From: Roseovarius sp. | Lineage (GTDB): Bacteria; Pseudomonadota; Alphaproteobacteria; Rhodobacterales; Rhodobacteraceae | NCBI RefSeq assembly: GCF_965277045.1 | Contig: NZ_OZ255712.1 | Span: forward strand, 847,340-911,339 | Length of the DNA stretch: 64,000 nt | Reading direction: 5' to 3' | Shown here: one piece after another, positions 59,513-64,000 of the stretch | How positions within the stretch are numbered: the first letter of the stretch is position 1 | Layout of the letters: the number at the start of each line of letters is the position of its first letter | Position numbers and translations under genes: made by a program | The notes under the pieces: model-generated | The model's database searches: none | What the model was told of the DNA's origin: nothing | What the model saw: only the letters and a program-made list of their open reading frames with translations

Positions 59513-61616
59513 GATCGCGGAAGGCGAGCTGAAGGGCCGTCCGCTGGAGGACCTGACGTGGAAGACCCTTGAGGGGATCGACGTCAAGCCGCTCTATACC
59601 GAGGAAGATGTCGAGGGTATGGACCACCTTGGCACCATCCCCGGGCAGGCGCCGTTCACGCGGGGCGTTAAGGCCACGATGTATGCCGGGCGTCCCTGGA
59701 CGATCCGGCAATATGCGGGCTTTTCCACGGCCGAGGAATCGAACGCCTTTTATCGCCGCAATCTGGCGGCCGGGCAGCAGGGCGTCTCGGTGGCATTCGA
59801 TCTGGCGACGCACCGCGGTTACGACAGCGATCACCCGCGCGTGGTGGGCGATGTGGGCAAGGCGGGTGTGGCCATCGACAGTGTCGAGGACATGAAAATC
59901 CTGTTCGACGGCATCCCGCTGGACCAGGTCAGCGTGTCGATGACCATGAACGGCGCGGTGATCCCGGTTCTGGCCAGTTTCATCGTCGCGGGGGAAGAGC
60001 AAGGGCATGACCGCAGCGCCCTGTCGGGCACCATTCAGAACGACATCCTGAAAGAGTTCATGGTGCGCAACACCTATATCTATCCGCCCGAGCCCAGTAT
60101 GCGGATCGTCAGCGACATCATCGAGTTCACGGCGAACGATATGCCGCGCTTCAACTCGATCAGTATCTCCGGCTATCACATGCAGGAGGCCGGCGCGAAC
60201 CTGGTGCAGGAGCTGGCCTATACGCTGGCTGATGGCCGGGAATACGTGAAGGCCGCGATCGAGGCCGGGATGGACGTGGACCGCTTTGCCGGGCGGCTTT
60301 CGTTCTTTTTTGCAATCGGCATGAATTTCTTCATGGAGGCCGCCAAGCTGCGGGCGGCGCGTCTGCTGTGGCACCGGATCATGACCGAGTTCGGGGCGAA
60401 GAACGACCGCTCCAAGATGCTGCGGACGCATTGCCAGACCAGCGGTGTTTCGTTGCAGGAGCAGGACCCCTACAATAACGTCGTGCGCACCGCCTACGAG
60501 GCGATGAGCGCCGTTCTGGGCGGCACGCAGAGCCTGCACACCAACGCGCTGGACGAAGCCATCGCGCTGCCCACGGATTTCAGCGCGCGGATCGCGCGGA
60601 ACACGCAGCTGATCCTGCAGGAAGAGACCGGCGTGACGGCGGTGGTCGACCCGCTGGCGGGGTCCTATTACGTCGAGAGCCTGACCGCCGAGCTGGCCGA
60701 AAAGGCGTGGGAGCTGATGGAAGAGGTCGAGGAAATGGGCGGCATGACCAAGGCCGTGGCCAGCGGGATGCCCAAGCTGCGGATCGAGGAATCGGCGGCC
60801 ACACGGCAGGCGATGATCGACCGGGGCGACGAGGTGATCGTCGGCGTCAACAAGTACCGCAAGGACAAGGAAGACCCGATCGACATCCTGGACGTGGACA
60901 ACGTCAAGGTGCGCAAGGGGCAGGTCGAGGCGTTGGAGCGTATCCGCGCGGAGCGTGACGAGGACGCCTGCACCAAGGCACTGGATGAATTGACGCGCCG
61001 CGCCAAGGACGGCGGCAATTTGCTGGAGGCCGCGGTGGAAGCGGCCCGCGCAAGAGCTACTGTGGGGGAAATCAGCATGGCCATGGAAAAGGAATTCGGA
61101 CGGCACCGCGCCGAGGTGAAGACGCTGGCCGGGGTCTACGGCAAGGCCTACGAGGGCGACGAGGGTTTCGCCGCGATCCAGAAATCGGTCGAGGCCTTTG
61201 CCGAGGACGAGGGGCGGCGGCCCCGGATGCTGGTCGTCAAGATGGGGCAGGACGGGCACGACCGGGGCGCCAAGGTGATCGCCACGGCATTCGCCGACAT
61301 TGGCTTCGACGTGGATGTGGGCCCGCTGTTCCAGACACCGGACGAGGCGGCGCAGGACGCCATCGACAACGACGTGCATGTGATCGGCATTTCCAGCCAG
61401 GCGGCGGGGCACAAGACGCTGGCGCCGCAGCTGATCGATGCGCTGAAGGAGAAGGATGCGGGTGATATCATCGTGATCTGCGGCGGGGTCATTCCGCAAC
61501 AGGATTACGAGTTCCTGAAGGATGTGGGCGTGAAGGCCATTTTCGGGCCCGGCACCAACATCCCCGAGGCGGCGCAGGATATCCTGCGGCTGATCCGCGA
61601 GGCGCGGGCAGCCTGA
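59484..61616 (+). CDS. scpA: Methylmalonyl-CoA mutase (B12-dependent)
   Basis: [30 protein letters not shown]12-binding [13 protein letters not shown]. Confidence 0.97.
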   Translation: MGSKTDDWRKIAEGELKGRPLEDLTWKTLEGIDVKPLYTEEDVEGMDHLGTIPGQAPFTRGVKATMYAGRPWTIRQYAGFSTAEESNAFYRRNLAAGQQGVSVAFDLATHRGYDSDHPRVVGDVGKAGVAIDSVEDMKILFDGIPLDQVSVSMTMNGAVIPVLASFIVAGEEQGHDRSALSGTIQNDILKEFMVRNTYIYPPEPSMRIVSDIIEFTANDMPRFNSISISGYHMQEAGANLVQELAYTLADGREYVKAAIEAGMDVDRFAGRLSFFFAIGMNFFMEAAKLRAARLLWHRIMTEFGAKNDRSKMLRTHCQTSGVSLQEQDPYNNVVRTAYEAMSAVLGGTQSLHTNALDEAIALPTDFSARIARNTQLILQEETGVTAVVDPLAGSYYVESLTAELAEKAWELMEEVEEMGGMTKAVASGMPKLRIEESAATRQAMIDRGDEVIVGVNKYRKDKEDPIDILDVDNVKVRKGQVEALERIRAERDEDACTKALDELTRRAKDGGNLLEAAVEAARARATVGEISMAMEKEFGRHRAEVKTLAGVYGKAYEGDEGFAAIQKSVEAFAEDEGRRPRMLVVKMGQDGHDRGAKVIATAFADIGFDVDVGPLFQTPDEAAQDAIDNDVHVIGISSQAAGHKTLAPQLIDALKEKDAGDIIVICGGVIPQQDYEFLKDVGVKAIFGPGTNIPEAAQDILRLIREARAA

Positions 61617-62098
61617 TGCAGAAGCGCCCGAAGATCCTGATCGGCATGGCGGCGGGGCTGGTATGGGCCGTGGCCGTGCTGTGGATCGGGCGCCAGATCC
61701 CGGTGCCGATGGCGATGATGCAGCCGACGCTGATGGGCGCGGCCTTTGGCCCGGGTGTGGTGCTGGCGCTGATGATCGGGCGGCTGGCGCAGCGGCGGTT
61801 CTTCGACGATGACATCATCGACGGGCAGCCGCTCACAGGTGGCGCGGCGGTGGATTCGCGCGTGTTGCAGAACACCGTCGAGCAGGTGGTGTTGGCCTTG
61901 TGCATCTGGCCGCTGGTGGGGTTTTTCCTGGGCGCGGGCACGGTGCTGGCGCTGGGGATCGGCTTTGCCGTGGCGCGGGTGGCGTTCTGGGTGGGGTACC
62001 ATATGGCGCCGCCCTTGCGGGCCTTCGGATTTGCGGCGACGTTCTATCCCACGGTGCTGGCGGCGCTTTGGGTGCTGTGGCGACTGACGGTGGGGTGA
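61616..62098 (+). CDS. MAPEG-like membrane protein
   Basis: Four TM segments; RVLQNTVEQ and ARVAFWVGY motifs. Confidence 0.72.
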   Translation: MQKRPKILIGMAAGLVWAVAVLWIGRQIPVPMAMMQPTLMGAAFGPGVVLALMIGRLAQRRFFDDDIIDGQPLTGGAAVDSRVLQNTVEQVVLALCIWPLVGFFLGAGTVLALGIGFAVARVAFWVGYHMAPPLRAFGFAATFYPTVLAALWVLWRLTVG

Positions 62099-62099
62099 G

Positions 62100-62711
62100 A
62101 TGCTGAACCTGGATCATTTCGCGGTGGCGGCCGAGACGCTGGACGAGGGCCGCGTCTATGCCGAGGAGGCGCTTGGCGTGGCGCTGCGCCCCGGGGGGCA
62201 GCACGCGCATTTCGGGACGCATAACATGCTGCTGGGGCTGGAGGATGGGCTTTACCTGGAGGTCATCGCGGTGGATCCCGAGGCGCCCGCGCCGGGCTGC
62301 GCGCGGTGGTTCGATCTGGACAGGTTCAAGGGGCGGCCGAGGCCGACGAACTGGATCTGCAACACGCCGGCCCTTGGGGCCGTCGTGGAGCGGTTCCCGA
62401 AGGCGGGCGTGCCGGTGCCGCTGGCGCGCGGCGACCTGCGCTGGCAGATGGCGGTGCCCGAGGATGGGCGGCTGCCGTGGGACAACCTTTTTCCGGCGGT
62501 GATCGAATGGCAATGCGCTCAGCATCCGGTGCAGATGTTGCCGGCCTCGGGATGCCGGCTGGACCGGCTGGTGGTGACCCACCCGGAGGCCGAGGCGTTG
62601 GAGGACGCGCTGGCGCCGGTGCTGAGCGACGCCCGGGTGGTCTTTGAGACCGGCGCGGCGGCGCTGAGGGCCGAGTTGACCACGCCGCGAGGGGCGTGCG
62701 TGCTGGCATGA
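62100..62711 (+). CDS. VOC/glyoxalase-like family protein
   Basis: LDHFAVAA, GGQHAHFGTHNMLLGL, YLEVIAVDP. Confidence 0.85.
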   Translation: MLNLDHFAVAAETLDEGRVYAEEALGVALRPGGQHAHFGTHNMLLGLEDGLYLEVIAVDPEAPAPGCARWFDLDRFKGRPRPTNWICNTPALGAVVERFPKAGVPVPLARGDLRWQMAVPEDGRLPWDNLFPAVIEWQCAQHPVQMLPASGCRLDRLVVTHPEAEALEDALAPVLSDARVVFETGAAALRAELTTPRGACVLA

Positions 62712-63217
62712 AGATCCGGCCGGCGGAGGCGGGCGATGCAAAGGCGCTGGCCGGGATCGTCAATCATTACATCCGTGAGACGACGGTCAGTTTTACCGAA
62801 GACGAGAAGACCGTGCTGGAAATGGCGTTGGCCGTGAAGACGCGCGACGAGGCGGGGCACGGGTTCCTGGTGGCCGAGCGGGATGGTGACCTGCTGGGCT
62901 ATGCCACCTATGGGCCGTATCGCAACGGCTCGGGCTATCGCGAGACGCTGGAGCATACGGTGCTGCTGCGCCCCGGGGCCGAGGGCAACGGGGTGGGCCG
63001 GGCGCTGATGCAGGCGCTGGAGGACCATGCGCGGGCGCGCGGCGTGCATTCGCTGATCGGGGGGATCAGTGGCGAGAACGCGGGCGGGATCGCGTTTCAC
63101 CGCAGGATCGGGTTTGCCGAGGTGGGGCGCGTGGCGCAGGCCGGGCTGAAATTCGGGCGGCGGATCGACCTTGTGTTGATGCAGAAACTCCTGTCCCCCG
63201 GGGGCCGCACGCCTTAG
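62708..63217 (+). CDS. GNAT N-acetyltransferase (Pat/MddA-YncA-like)
   Basis: IVNHYIRETTVSF, GYATYGPYR, GNGVGRALM, FHRRIGF, GLKFGRRIDL. Confidence 0.88.
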   Translation: MKIRPAEAGDAKALAGIVNHYIRETTVSFTEDEKTVLEMALAVKTRDEAGHGFLVAERDGDLLGYATYGPYRNGSGYRETLEHTVLLRPGAEGNGVGRALMQALEDHARARGVHSLIGGISGENAGGIAFHRRIGFAEVGRVAQAGLKFGRRIDLVLMQKLLSPGGRTP

Positions 63218-63227
63218 GTTGCGGCCC

Positions 63228-63908
63228 ATGTCGATCTGGAGTCGCATATCCGAAGCGCTGTCGGCGCTGGCCAGTGGCGAGCCGCTGACCAGCGTGTTCG
63301 ACCGGCTGCGCACGCCGCCGGAGCGGACGGTGGCCTTTGCCATAGCTGTGATCGCGCTGGGCGCGAAGATGGCCAAGGCGGACGGGCAGGTGACGCGCGA
63401 CGAGGTGACGGCGTTCCGCGAGGTGTTCCTGATCGCCAGCGACGACGAGGCGGGGGCTGCGAAAGTTTTCAACCTCGCGCGGCAGGACGTTGCGGGATTC
63501 GAGGAATATGCGCGTCGGATCAAGACGATGTTCGGCGACGACGCGGCAACCCTGAACGACCTTCTGGAAGGGCTTTTCCACATCGCGGTGGCCGATGGTG
63601 TCTATCACCCGAACGAGGATGTGTTCCTATCGGAGGTGGCGACGATTTTCGGCCTGCCGGAGCGGGAGTTCAACACGCTGCGAAGCCGCTTCGTGCCGGA
63701 TGCCAAGCCGGACCCCTATGCCGTGCTGGGGGTGACGCCCGACACGCCCTTGCCCGAGATTCGCAAGGTCTGGCGCGCCAAGGTGCGCGAGATGCATCCC
63801 GACCGGATGGTGGCGCGGGGCGTGCCGCAGGAGGCGATCAAGCTGGCCGAGAAGCGGCTGACCGACGTCAACGACGCGTGGGAGCAGATCCAGCGCGAGG
63901 CGGCCTGA
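63228..63908 (+). CDS. djlA: DjlA-like co-chaperone (TerB + DnaJ domains)
   Basis: AKMAKADGQVT, HIAVADG, C-terminal J domain with HPD (MHPDR). Confidence 0.88.
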   Translation: MSIWSRISEALSALASGEPLTSVFDRLRTPPERTVAFAIAVIALGAKMAKADGQVTRDEVTAFREVFLIASDDEAGAAKVFNLARQDVAGFEEYARRIKTMFGDDAATLNDLLEGLFHIAVADGVYHPNEDVFLSEVATIFGLPEREFNTLRSRFVPDAKPDPYAVLGVTPDTPLPEIRKVWRAKVREMHPDRMVARGVPQEAIKLAEKRLTDVNDAWEQIQREAA

Positions 63909-63911
63909 GCG

Positions 63912-64000
63912 ATGCGTATCGCCACCTATAACGTCGAGTGGTTCAACGCGCTGTTCGACGCGCAGGACCGGGTTTTGGACGATGACGGGCCATCGGCACG
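63912..64000 (+). CDS. Endonuclease/exonuclease/phosphatase family protein, 5' fragment
   Basis: MRIATYNVEWFNALFD, typical EEP start; truncated by the window end. Confidence 0.75.
   Translation, partial: MRIATYNVEWFNALFDAQDRVLDDDGPSA

Overview
A high-GC alphaproteobacterial chromosome segment. Gene content and synteny point to Rhodobacteraceae/Roseobacter group (purD-xseA, ftsY-EamA-yciB, metZ-folE2-trkH, glyQ-glyS-ppdK, betI-betC-betA, pccR-pccB-pccA-methylmalonyl-CoA mutase). It is mostly core metabolism. I found no tRNA, rRNA, CRISPR array, integrase or transposase. Small accessory genes and regulatory signals are scattered through it. The most notable are: (1) a stand-alone DnaE2-type OB-fold gene with a perfect alphaproteobacterial LexA box over a leaderless promoter; (2) a ~2 kb stretch between folE2 and trkH with an Ala/Lys/Pro-rich histone-like protein and two paralogous MATSTTNL small proteins (one DUF1127, one truncated) that share a collinear ~110-nt operator/leader; (3) a candidate C-rich-loop sRNA with its own terminator in the pcc cluster; (4) four EcfG-type general-stress promoters in front of lone genes; (5) a PPDK homolog with a degenerate ATP-grasp domain; (6) a SPOR/PG-binding/trypsin protein lacking its whole catalytic triad; (7) an atypical-composition in-frame patch in glyS; (8) a bet operon with a GST between betC and betA and no betB in the window, facing an orphan Tat solute-binding protein; (9) a SAM-II riboswitch, FNR, BetI and PccR-type sites, and several REP/MITE-like elements at stop codons. 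All motif and family calls were made by eye and from memory of the families; no database searches were run. Start codons were adjusted by hand where the ORF track over-extends.
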